NCBI GenBank assembly: GCA_944377315.1
Contig: CALWEM010000022.1
Coordinates: forward strand, 6,183-70,182
DNA length: 64,000 nt
Direction of reading: 5' to 3'
Origin: an uncultured Clostridia bacterium
GTDB lineage: Bacteria > Bacillota > Clostridia > Christensenellales > UBA1242
Shown: piece after piece, positions 1 through 8,556 of the stretch
Layout of the letters: every line of letters begins with the position of its first letter
Position numbering within the stretch: the first letter of the stretch is position 1
Made by a program: the position numbers and the translations under genes
The notes under the pieces: generated by a model
Database searches by the model: none
Seen by the model: the letters and a program-made list of their open reading frames with translations, nothing else
What the model was told of the DNA's origin: nothing

Positions 1-21
1 TTTTTTCAGCGTTTTCCAATT

Positions 22-1095
22 GTGAAAGTTGTTTTGACCTTGATTTTGGTTGCTGGCATTGTGACGGCGGTGGTGTTCGCCATTAATGCTATTCCAGAAG
101 ATATCAATCTTATTCGCAGTTGGGGAGTCATTTCACAAGCGATAAGAAACTTTCTCTCCTTTTTTGCTGACAAATTCTTTGTTTTCTATGCCATCACCAT
201 TTTCTTGTGTGGAAGATTTGAAGGCATTAATCACATTCTTTTCACAGAATACTCTTGGATTGTTTTGCTCATAATGCTGGGCACAATTTTGGTGCTTGTT
301 GGGCTTAACTATCTCATTTCTCGTCCGCTATATTTGAAAATGTCGGTGAAACAATTTGAGTTCAGCATAATAAAACCAAAAGTGCATCAAAATTTGGTTC
401 GCAAAAAATTTTGGTCAAGTTGCGTGAATGAAACCAAGAAAACTCTTCGCGACACCAACATTCTTTCCACCACACTTGCCACACTCATCATAACTCCGAT
501 TTGCATTCTGCTTCTCAACAGCATATATTCTGCCATCAACACTCGCCTTATGGGTGACTATCTCGCGATATCTTTCAATGTTCTCATCATTTTGCTTTTC
601 ACTCTCGCACACAACATCAATGTTTCAAACATATACAGCAAAGACGGCGGAGCAATGATGCAAAACAAATTGAAGCCGATGTCACCAACAAAAGTTTTGA
701 CACCTTATCTTGTCTATAACCTTGTGACCACAACATTAATTTTGGTGGCTTCTGTCAGCGTCTTTCTTGTGAACACTGATTTGGCAGTTTTGGACAGCAT
801 TCTTCTTTTCTTTACCTTGCTATTTTTGTCATATATACATATAATATGTTCAGCAGAGATTGATTTTCTTCATCCGCGTGACCTAAAAAGTCAAGCGAAT
901 ATCAATCAAAATGAAGTGAAATCCAGCATTCTGACTTTTGCCATAAGCCTTATCTTTTTTGGTGTTTTGTTCTTCTTTTTGTTGGACGGACTTAATGGTG
1001 TTTATCTCAAATTGTTTTGCGTGGTGACACTTGTCTTAATCTTAAGATGTTGGCTTTTCCACTATAAAGCGCGAGTGCTTTTCAAGGAGATATAG
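22..1095 (+). CDS. Polytopic integral membrane protein of unknown function (about 9 hydrophobic helices); possibly 5'-truncated by the window edge
   Basis: ORF track gives 357 aa from GTG 22. The same frame is open back to nt 1, so the true start may lie upstream of the window. It has repeated 18-25 aa hydrophobic stretches and no catalytic motif I recognise. Confidence 0.55.
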   Translation: MKVVLTLILVAGIVTAVVFAINAIPEDINLIRSWGVISQAIRNFLSFFADKFFVFYAITIFLCGRFEGINHILFTEYSWIVLLIMLGTILVLVGLNYLISRPLYLKMSVKQFEFSIIKPKVHQNLVRKKFWSSCVNETKKTLRDTNILSTTLATLIITPICILLLNSIYSAINTRLMGDYLAISFNVLIILLFTLAHNINVSNIYSKDGGAMMQNKLKPMSPTKVLTPYLVYNLVTTTLILVASVSVFLVNTDLAVLDSILLFFTLLFLSYIHIICSAEIDFLHPRDLKSQANINQNEVKSSILTFAISLIFFGVLFFFLLDGLNGVYLKLFCVVTLVLILRCWLFHYKARVLFKEI

Positions 1096-1097
1096 CG

Positions 1098-1535
1098 ATG
1101 AAGAAGTCAGTAATATTTTTGATTGGAATAATATATATAATGTCCATTGTTGTGGTGACTTTCTTCGGGCTTCAACCGGGAGTTGACCAATTCCAAATTT
1201 ATTTGGACAACATCACCATAACCACATATGATTTTCAATCGTCAAGTGGACAGAAATATAAAAATGTGGAATTTGACACGCTTGAAGGAAGCGGATATGT
1301 CAAAATTGAATATGAGTTTGGGCCGGAAAACGCTTCATATCCATATCGTGTGAAATATTCGCTTGTCGGCAACACTTCGACTGATGAAAATGGTGTTACC
1401 ACCACTTTTGCCACCGTTAACAACTTTGGTGAAGTGACTTTCATCAATGAAGGAAGTGTGATTTTGACAATCACCGCGCTTGACGGCTCAAAGGTGAGCG
1501 ACAGTGTGACAATATTTTGTGTGAAGAATATATAA
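1098..1535 (+). CDS. Small N-terminally membrane-anchored protein with an Ig-like (Big_2-type) beta-sandwich signature
   Basis: ATG 1098 lies 8 nt after AAGGAG (1084-1089). The N-terminal TM is VIFLIGIIYIMSIVVVTFFGL. The C-terminal segment GSVILTITALDGSKVSDSVTIFCV resembles bacterial Ig-like group 2 domains. Confidence 0.55.
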   Translation: MKKSVIFLIGIIYIMSIVVVTFFGLQPGVDQFQIYLDNITITTYDFQSSSGQKYKNVEFDTLEGSGYVKIEYEFGPENASYPYRVKYSLVGNTSTDENGVTTTFATVNNFGEVTFINEGSVILTITALDGSKVSDSVTIFCVKNI

Positions 1536-1541
1536 ATTCGT

Positions 1542-1570
1542 TTGACAAATTTCGCATAAATAGTTAAAAT
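1542..1570 (+). promoter_or_regulatory. Sigma-70/SigA-type promoter for the 1070-aa lipoprotein gene
   Basis: TTGACA (1542-1547), a 17-nt spacer, then TAAAAT (1565-1570). GGAGG precedes ATG 1598. Confidence 0.55.
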
Positions 1571-1597
1571 GGAAAAAGAATAAAACAAGGAGGATTT

Positions 1598-4500
1598 ATG
1601 AAAAAAGCCTTAACAACACTTTTTGTTTCTGTTATGTTGGTTTTTGTGGGCGTGATAAGCGTTGCTTGTGGAACACCTGCCACAAAAATCGATGAATTCA
1701 AAGTTAAGGGGCTCACCTTAAATTATGAAAATTTGGACAGTGTGGATTTGTCTGGCATTGAACTTGAAGTGACATATGACAATGACGACAAAAAGACGCT
1801 CAAAAACTATGAAATTGACAAGGAAGGTGAACTTGACGAAGACACCGAGTTTGTCATTTTCACTGATGGACTTTCAAAAGAAATTGACGGAAAAATCACT
1901 GTTGGTGAATATGAAATCACTGCCAAAGTGGTTGGTTTTATGGAGCAGACCTTAAATCTTGGCACCGTTATTGTTTCATATGCTGAACGCACAAATGTGA
2001 GATATGTCAATGTTAACAATCTTCCAAAATTATATTACACAGTTGACACGGTGGATTTGAAAAGTGAAAATATAACTCTTGAAGTGACTTATAATAACTA
2101 TGAAAAAGAAACTTTGACAAAATATGAAATTGGCAAGACTTGGGCAGAAGTTGATGATGATGTTGAATTCATTTTGGATATTGGCAAACTTGCTTCTCAA
2201 ACACCAGGAGAACTTCAAGAAGGAAAATATCCAATACTTGCAGAAATTCGTGGCTACAGCAAAATTGGAATTGGATCAATTGAAGTGAAAGTTGCCACTG
2301 CGGAAGATATCATAAGCCAAGAACTTATTGGTTTGGAAAAGAGAGAATACACAAATCTTGAAGAATGCGACCTTTCTGGCTTGACCTTGAAAATCACATA
2401 TGGCAATCAAGAAAGCGTTACCTTGACAAAATATGAAATCGACAAGGCTTGGGAAGATGTCGGAGAAGATGTTGAATTCATTTTGAACACGGACGGACTT
2501 TTCAATGAAACAAGTGAAAAAGGCGGTTTGGCAGTTGGCACTCACCAACTCACTGCTGTGATAAGAGATTTTGAAGGTGAAATTGACCTTGGTGATATCA
2601 AAGTTGTCTATGCAGACAGAACTTCGATTTCTTCTTCACAAATCAGCAACTTGCCAACAAATTTCTATGAAGAAGACACTTTCGCACTTGCTGAAAACAT
2701 CACTTTTTCTGTGACATATGACAACTATGAAACTGAAACTTTGACAAAGTTTGAAGTTGATGTTGACATTGAAGATGTTAAGGCTGACACTCAATTTGTG
2801 ATATACACTGACGGACTTTCTTCTCAAACCGCTGGTGATTTGACTGTGGGAACTTATGACATCACTGTCAAAGTTGTGAGATTTTCTGAAGAACTTTCTG
2901 TTGGCACAATTGAAGTTAAAACGAATTGGGAATTATATGATCTTCAAATCTTTAATTCGCCAACATTTGTTAAAACATATAATGAAAACAAAGAAATTTC
3001 TGAAAGCGAAGATTCTTTCTATAACGCTGATGAAAAATACACAGTTGGCGATGATAATGCTTTCAAATTCCAACCAACAATCACATTATATCGTAAGGGC
3101 ACACCAATTGGTCCAGACACGATTTTGGAAAACCCAATCAATTTCAATGTTGATGTGACAGTTGAAGTTTACGAAAATGGTGAATATGTGACTGCAGATG
3201 AAAGTTTGTATACATATTTTCAATTTGAATTTGACTTCACTGAAAGTGCCATTGGCAAAGAATTCAGAATCACAATGGAGCCATCTGACTATGAAACACT
3301 TTTGGGTGGTGGCGTTGCGCAACCAGTTTCTTTTGAATTCAAAGTGGAAGACGGCTGGAATGCCTACACTCCTGATGACCTTGGAAGAATCAACTTGATT
3401 GAAGAAGGTTTTGACAACGATGGATATGCAAGAAGACTCTCACAAGAAATATTCTGGGATTCTGTGAATGGCTATAAGAATGGCAAAAAAAGATATGTTG
3501 ACATTTGGACAGAATATTTTGAAGAAAAAGGTTACACAGATTTGACCGCTGTGAACGCCATTTTCATTCAAAAGGACATCGCTGTTCAGGAAAGCGATTT
3601 GCCAAGTGAATATTTGATTTCTGAAGCAGAAGCTGGTGCAAACACAAATGCTGTCGGCACACTTCGTGACTATGCTTTCCTATACACTCACTATCTCAAT
3701 GAAGATTTTGTTGTGAATGGAAATTATTTCACATTGAACTTCTCTGAAATTCGTCCTTGTGAGTCAAACACAGGTGTGGACGGCTTTGTTTATAAGCCAA
3801 ACACTGCCGATTATGAATTGGGTCACGCCACAGTTTTTGGCTTTGCTGGAAGAACTGACAACACTTCAACTGGCGTTGCGACCTTCAAAAATATCAATCT
3901 TATTGGTAACACTGGTAAAGCGGTCAGTGGTGGCAATGAAATTTTGAAGGCGTCCGGCGGACTTATTCTTTTGAAATCAATGCACGCCACAACACAAGTG
4001 GAAAATGCCATTGCAAAACAATTCTTGATTGCTTGGTATGGCGAACAGGCAGTTTCTGATGCTGAAATAAACAAAGACAAAGGCAATATCAATCTTGACT
4101 ACACAAAAACATATGACTGCTTCAACTCTGGTGTTTTTGGTTTTATTTCCAACAACAACACAATCACAAATTCTGAACTCAAACGCTTTGGTGGCCCTGC
4201 AATTCTCATAATAAGCGGTGAGAAAAAAGCAAATGATGAAGAAGGCGGAAGTGGTGCAGCAGGTGGAATCATTGTCGGTGATTTTACTGTTGAAGATTGT
4301 GTGATTGAAAACTTTGTGGCTGGCGATGAAGCGTGGTTTATGTTGAATGGAGCAGCTGGTGTTTCAAATACTTTTGCTACTCTTGATAAGGCAGTTTTCA
4401 ATCTGTTTAATAAGACTATCTTCCAACAAGTTAAAGTTGAAGATAAAAATGGTGAAGGCGAGAAATATCAATCTAAATCAAACTTAATTGCAATTTCTTT

Positions 4501-4810
4501 AAATAGAGGATATTTGACTCCTGGTGATCCAGTGAAGACAGATTTCACAATCAATGACAACAAGTTCACAACATATGATGAGATTCAAACCAAAGCTGGA
4601 GACACCATTAATGTTGGTGAGATTGTTTCAAAGGGAAATATTGCAATCACTTCATCTCAAAATGATTATATTGAAATTGATGCATCATATAAACCAGTTA
4701 AGATTCCAACAACCACAGGCTTTGCAGGCGACTATATGGGACTTGCAATGAAGTATGAAGGTGCTGGCGTTGGGCTTGTTTATCAATTATATGATTTGCA
4801 AACAGCGTAA
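1598..4810 (+). CDS. Large secreted lipoprotein (1070 aa) with four tandem Ig-like repeats and a C-terminal domain of unknown function of about 620 aa
   Basis: Signal peptide with lipobox ...GVISVAC|GTP. Strong SD AAGGAGG. Four roughly 105-aa repeats each contain L.V.Y.N...TLTKYE[IV]. The C-terminal half is rich in G/N/T beta-type segments. Confidence 0.85.
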   Translation: MKKALTTLFVSVMLVFVGVISVACGTPATKIDEFKVKGLTLNYENLDSVDLSGIELEVTYDNDDKKTLKNYEIDKEGELDEDTEFVIFTDGLSKEIDGKITVGEYEITAKVVGFMEQTLNLGTVIVSYAERTNVRYVNVNNLPKLYYTVDTVDLKSENITLEVTYNNYEKETLTKYEIGKTWAEVDDDVEFILDIGKLASQTPGELQEGKYPILAEIRGYSKIGIGSIEVKVATAEDIISQELIGLEKREYTNLEECDLSGLTLKITYGNQESVTLTKYEIDKAWEDVGEDVEFILNTDGLFNETSEKGGLAVGTHQLTAVIRDFEGEIDLGDIKVVYADRTSISSSQISNLPTNFYEEDTFALAENITFSVTYDNYETETLTKFEVDVDIEDVKADTQFVIYTDGLSSQTAGDLTVGTYDITVKVVRFSEELSVGTIEVKTNWELYDLQIFNSPTFVKTYNENKEISESEDSFYNADEKYTVGDDNAFKFQPTITLYRKGTPIGPDTILENPINFNVDVTVEVYENGEYVTADESLYTYFQFEFDFTESAIGKEFRITMEPSDYETLLGGGVAQPVSFEFKVEDGWNAYTPDDLGRINLIEEGFDNDGYARRLSQEIFWDSVNGYKNGKKRYVDIWTEYFEEKGYTDLTAVNAIFIQKDIAVQESDLPSEYLISEAEAGANTNAVGTLRDYAFLYTHYLNEDFVVNGNYFTLNFSEIRPCESNTGVDGFVYKPNTADYELGHATVFGFAGRTDNTSTGVATFKNINLIGNTGKAVSGGNEILKASGGLILLKSMHATTQVENAIAKQFLIAWYGEQAVSDAEINKDKGNINLDYTKTYDCFNSGVFGFISNNNTITNSELKRFGGPAILIISGEKKANDEEGGSGAAGGIIVGDFTVEDCVIENFVAGDEAWFMLNGAAGVSNTFATLDKAVFNLFNKTIFQQVKVEDKNGEGEKYQSKSNLIAISLNRGYLTPGDPVKTDFTINDNKFTTYDEIQTKAGDTINVGEIVSKGNIAITSSQNDYIEIDASYKPVKIPTTTGFAGDYMGLAMKYEGAGVGLVYQLYDLQTA
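1700..2935 (+). repeat. Four tandem protein-level repeats (period about 309-318 nt) inside the lipoprotein gene
   Basis: The conserved T-Y-[DNG]-N codon blocks start at 1772, 2087, 2396 and 2714. Each is followed by TL[KT][NK][YF]E[IV] and later by EF[IV][IL] and G.Y.[IL]TA.[IV]. Confidence 0.75.
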
Positions 4811-4831
4811 AAACATAAAACTTAACAAAAT

Positions 4832-4878
4832 GAATGGCAAATTCTTCTTTTGACACAAGTTTTGCCATTCTTTTTTTT
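4832..4878 (+). terminator. Rho-independent terminator after the lipoprotein gene
   Basis: Perfect 10-bp stem GAATGGCAAA (4832-4841) / TTTGCCATTC (4861-4870), followed by T8 (4871-4878). Confidence 0.8.
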
Positions 4879-4937
4879 GATTATATTAAAATTTCTTTAA
4901 AAACTCTTGATTAAAATTTATCATTTTTTATCATTTA

Positions 4938-4966
4938 TTGACAAATTCGTTTTATATTGTTATACT
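4938..4966 (+). promoter_or_regulatory. SigA-type promoter of the dnaB-gltX operon
   Basis: TTGACA (4938-4943), a 17-nt spacer, then TATACT (4961-4966). Confidence 0.65.
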
Positions 4967-4986
4967 TAATATATTAAAGGGAAAAT

Positions 4987-5244
4987 ATGAAAGTTTCAGA
5001 GAGAATGATTTTGATTAAAAGATTGAAAAGACTTGGGCTTTTTATGCTCATTGTCTTTCTTCCAATCGCTTTCATCTCTTTTGGACTTGCATATGCTGGG
5101 CTTTCGATGGCGTGGAATATCGTCATCTTGGTGGTCGTTTTGTTTTTACTTTTTGGTCTTTTTATGATGACTTGCAGTGCTCTTGACAAGCGTAAGGAGA
5201 AAAAACTCAAGGAAAGTGGCAAAAAAGACCCTTTTGCTGATTAA
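4987..5244 (+). CDS. Small two-TM membrane protein, unknown function
   Basis: 85-aa ORF with SD AAAGGGA. It has two hydrophobic helices (LGLFMLIVFLPIAFISFGLAYAGL and IVILVVVLFLLFGLFMMT) and a basic C-terminal tail. Confidence 0.55.
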   Translation: MKVSERMILIKRLKRLGLFMLIVFLPIAFISFGLAYAGLSMAWNIVILVVVLFLLFGLFMMTCSALDKRKEKKLKESGKKDPFAD

Positions 5245-5256
5245 AGAGAGGTTAAT

Positions 5257-6633
5257 ATGGCAGAATATAAAATTTTACCAAACAATTTGGAATCTGAACA
5301 AGCAGTTTTGGGTTGCGTCTTGATTGACCAAGAAGCACAAACAGACATTTTGTCCACGCTCACCCAAGAGGATTTTTATTCCGAGTCGCACAGAAACATC
5401 TTCAAGGCGATGCAAACCATTTTCTCAAAAAGTATTCCAGTCGATTTCGTCACTTTGACCAGTGAACTTGAAGTGGAAAAGAAGTTGGAAAGTGTGGGCG
5501 GGATTGATTATATCACATATCTGACAAATGTTGTGCCGTCTGCTGCGAACTTCAAACATTATTGCGATATTGTTTTGTCAAATGCCATAAGAAGAAATCT
5601 CATCAAGGGTGGACAAGCAATCATTGAAGATGCTTTTTCAAATGCGGATGAAAAAAATGCAATGCAAAATGCAGAAAAAACAATTTTTGACCTTTCTCAA
5701 AAAGATTCTTCTTCCGGACTTGAATTGGTGGGCAGACCGGGTGGTGTGTTGACTGAAGTTTTGAAAGAAATTTCAGAAATTGCCGAAAATCAAGGGCAGA
5801 TGCGTGGAATACCAACCGGCTTCCGTGACCTTGATGCCATAACAAACGGACTTCACAAAAGCGACCTTATTTTGTTGGCAGCGCGTCCCGGTGTTGGGAA
5901 AACTTCCTTTGCGATGAACATTGCAATGAATGTTGCTTTGAATGAAGGTGGAAAAGTGGCGATATTTGCACTTGAAATGAGCAAAAACCAACTTATTCAA
6001 AGAGCGCTTGCTTCCATTGCGAAAGTGAATTTGACACATATTCTTCGTGGAACAATGGACCAAGAAGAATGGAAGAGAGTGTGGACAGCCGAGAAAAAAT
6101 TGGCGCAAAGTTCGGTTTATATTGATGACAACTCCACAGTCACACCGCTTGATATCATTTCAAAATGTCGTAAACTCAAGATGACGGAAGGACTTGACCT
6201 TATTGTTATTGACTATCTTCAACTTATGACTGCCAACAAATCTGGCACGCGAGAAAACAGGACGCAGGAAGTCAGCGATTTGACAAGAATGCTGAAAGTT
6301 GCCGCAAAAGAACTTAATGTGCCAATCATCTTGCTTTCACAACTTTCGCGTAATGTTGAACAGCGTGATGACCACAGACCTCGACTTTCCGACCTTCGTG
6401 AATCAGGTTCGATTGAACAAGATGCCGACATTGTTATGTTTTTGTATAATCCTGAAAACTATTCTGACACGCCGACAAATGACGAACCGGGAACTGTTTA
6501 TCTCATCATTGCCAAGCACAGAAGTGGTTCGCTGACTGATGGAGATGGCATCAAACTTAAATGGATAAAAGAAATAACAACCTACACAAATATGGACAAA
6601 CCAAACACACCAAAAATGGAGGGAAATGAATGA
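5257..6633 (+). CDS. dnaB: Replicative DNA helicase (DnaB family; called DnaC in Bacillus)
   Basis: The N-terminal motif PNNLESEQAVLGCVL, Walker A ARPGVGKTSF, IDYLQLM, LSQLSR and LRESGSIEQDADIV are all canonical DnaB motifs. Confidence 0.95.
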   Translation: MAEYKILPNNLESEQAVLGCVLIDQEAQTDILSTLTQEDFYSESHRNIFKAMQTIFSKSIPVDFVTLTSELEVEKKLESVGGIDYITYLTNVVPSAANFKHYCDIVLSNAIRRNLIKGGQAIIEDAFSNADEKNAMQNAEKTIFDLSQKDSSSGLELVGRPGGVLTEVLKEISEIAENQGQMRGIPTGFRDLDAITNGLHKSDLILLAARPGVGKTSFAMNIAMNVALNEGGKVAIFALEMSKNQLIQRALASIAKVNLTHILRGTMDQEEWKRVWTAEKKLAQSSVYIDDNSTVTPLDIISKCRKLKMTEGLDLIVIDYLQLMTANKSGTRENRTQEVSDLTRMLKVAAKELNVPIILLSQLSRNVEQRDDHRPRLSDLRESGSIEQDADIVMFLYNPENYSDTPTNDEPGTVYLIIAKHRSGSLTDGDGIKLKWIKEITTYTNMDKPNTPKMEGNE

Positions 6634-7436
6634 AAAAAGGAATAATAATCACCATTATCTTGGTTGTCATCGCGGTCATTTTGGCAATCGTTTTTGTCAA
6701 CCTATTCAAAGAGCGTGACACGGTCGAACTTTCAAACAAGGTGGTTGAAGTGTCGCAAGAAGGCTATCTTGACACCAGTGATGAAGAAGGAAATTATCAA
6801 ATTGTGATGGACTACCTTGACAGCGTTTTAACAAATGAAGATTTAAGTGAAGCATACAGATTTGAAATGGAAAATTTCAAAAATGTGTATGAAACCTACA
6901 CTGTTTTGGGTGAGTTCTATAGTAAACAAATTATATACACGGACTATAACGATGTCTACAAGAACAACAAGAAGGATGTGATGAATGGTTTTGACAATTC
7001 ATCTTCAAACATTCAAAGTATGGTGAATTTCATAAATGAAAACTTCTCAACTGTGGAAGACAGTCACTATTGGGCTTCACGAACTTGGGAAAATGTTCGC
7101 TCTTCTGCCATTAATGTTGTGAAAGAGTCAAATCGTGCTTTTGTTGCTTTGCAAAAGATTTATGAAGGTTGTGTCACATCTCGTCTTGCCAACAATGATT
7201 TTTCCACATTGGTGCTTTCTTCCATTAACACACATCTTGAAGAAGCTGCCACCAATTTTTCCACTTCCACTGACAGCGTTTTTGTTGCAAAGACGATGAC
7301 AAATGCATATTTAAGTGGCGACTATGAAAAGATTATGAACTATAACTATGACGAAGAGTTGCAAAATAAAGTTAAAGATATCATCGAAAATGAAGAGTCA
7401 GAATTTTTGGCTGAACTCGAAAACGGAACGATATAA
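6630..7436 (+). CDS. N-terminally anchored extracytoplasmic helical protein, unknown function
   Basis: The start overlaps the dnaB stop (ATGA) and has SD GGAGGG. It has a single N-terminal TM (IIITIILVVIAVILAIVFV) and an N/E/Y-rich helical remainder. Confidence 0.6.
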   Translation: MKKGIIITIILVVIAVILAIVFVNLFKERDTVELSNKVVEVSQEGYLDTSDEEGNYQIVMDYLDSVLTNEDLSEAYRFEMENFKNVYETYTVLGEFYSKQIIYTDYNDVYKNNKKDVMNGFDNSSSNIQSMVNFINENFSTVEDSHYWASRTWENVRSSAINVVKESNRAFVALQKIYEGCVTSRLANNDFSTLVLSSINTHLEEAATNFSTSTDSVFVAKTMTNAYLSGDYEKIMNYNYDEELQNKVKDIIENEESEFLAELENGTI

Positions 7437-7446
7437 GAGGTGAAGT

Positions 7447-8538
7447 ATGGAAAAAACAAAGAAAAGTTATAAGATTGTTTTGCCGATTTTCATTGTTTTG
7501 GCACTGTTGCTTTCCATTTTTAGTTTTGCAGGTTGCGGAACTGATGTGGGCACATTGAATGAAAATATCAACAAAATGAACCAAAATTTGTTGACTTATT
7601 CCGAATTTATCGAAAAAAATGAAGGAAACTTGAACACTCGTGATTACTACACAATAAGTTATGGCAAAATTGTGGACGGGCTTGTTGAAAACACTGAAAA
7701 CTATGATGAATTATATAAATACTACAACTCCATTTTTTCTCTGGCAATGAGTTATATTGATGAAAACATTGACATTGTGGCAAATTTGCCTGATGAAGAA
7801 ATGAATGATGAAACAAAGAAACAACTTGATGACCTAAATCAAAAAATTGTCAATTTCAACAATGGTATTCAAGGATTTGTTTCCGCAAGAAATCAATTGA
7901 GTTCATATTTTAATAACTACACCGATTCTGCTCCGGACGCTTATGCCAAACTCAGCGAGTTGAGAAGTTTTAAAAGTGAATATGGCAAATTTGTGAATAA
8001 CGCTGTGGAGATTTCTCTTTCTCTTTCTTCAGCAGTTTCGGCAACCGGTGATTTGGATGAAACAGACAATGTGATGCTCATCAAAAATTCGATTTGCAAC
8101 AAAATTTTGGGCGTTTTTCACAAATTTTTTGTGATGAATATCGGCTCATTCAACTGGGCTGAATCAACAGAAAACGAACTGAAAGCCCGCATTGACCTTA
8201 TCATCAGCAACTTGGAAACAAATTTTGAAAAATATATCAGCCTTTGTCACGCAAAAGAAAATTTCCAAACCTTGACGATTGAAGATATTGCTGTCATCAA
8301 AAAAGAAGCAGAAAACTTTTTGACAGAAGTGGATGATTATTACTACGCCATTGACAAGTTGAATTTGAAAGATTTGTCAGTTAATCACTATAACGATTTG
8401 GACGAATATCTCGAGAAAAATCAAAATGCCGAAGTTTATCTTGAAAAAATCGAGCAATTTGTCAAAACAAACAGCGGAACGCTTGCCACATATCTTGAAC
8501 ATCTTGAAAAAAGTGTGATAAGTGACGCTACGGTATAG
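7447..8538 (+). CDS. Lipoprotein of unknown function, helical, N/E-rich
   Basis: SD AGAGGTGA. Signal peptide with lipobox LSIFSFAGC|GTD. Its composition resembles the preceding ORF, so the two may be distant paralogs. Confidence 0.65.
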   Translation: MEKTKKSYKIVLPIFIVLALLLSIFSFAGCGTDVGTLNENINKMNQNLLTYSEFIEKNEGNLNTRDYYTISYGKIVDGLVENTENYDELYKYYNSIFSLAMSYIDENIDIVANLPDEEMNDETKKQLDDLNQKIVNFNNGIQGFVSARNQLSSYFNNYTDSAPDAYAKLSELRSFKSEYGKFVNNAVEISLSLSSAVSATGDLDETDNVMLIKNSICNKILGVFHKFFVMNIGSFNWAESTENELKARIDLIISNLETNFEKYISLCHAKENFQTLTIEDIAVIKKEAENFLTEVDDYYYAIDKLNLKDLSVNHYNDLDEYLEKNQNAEVYLEKIEQFVKTNSGTLATYLEHLEKSVISDATV

Positions 8539-8556
8539 TTAATTTAGGAGGAAAAA

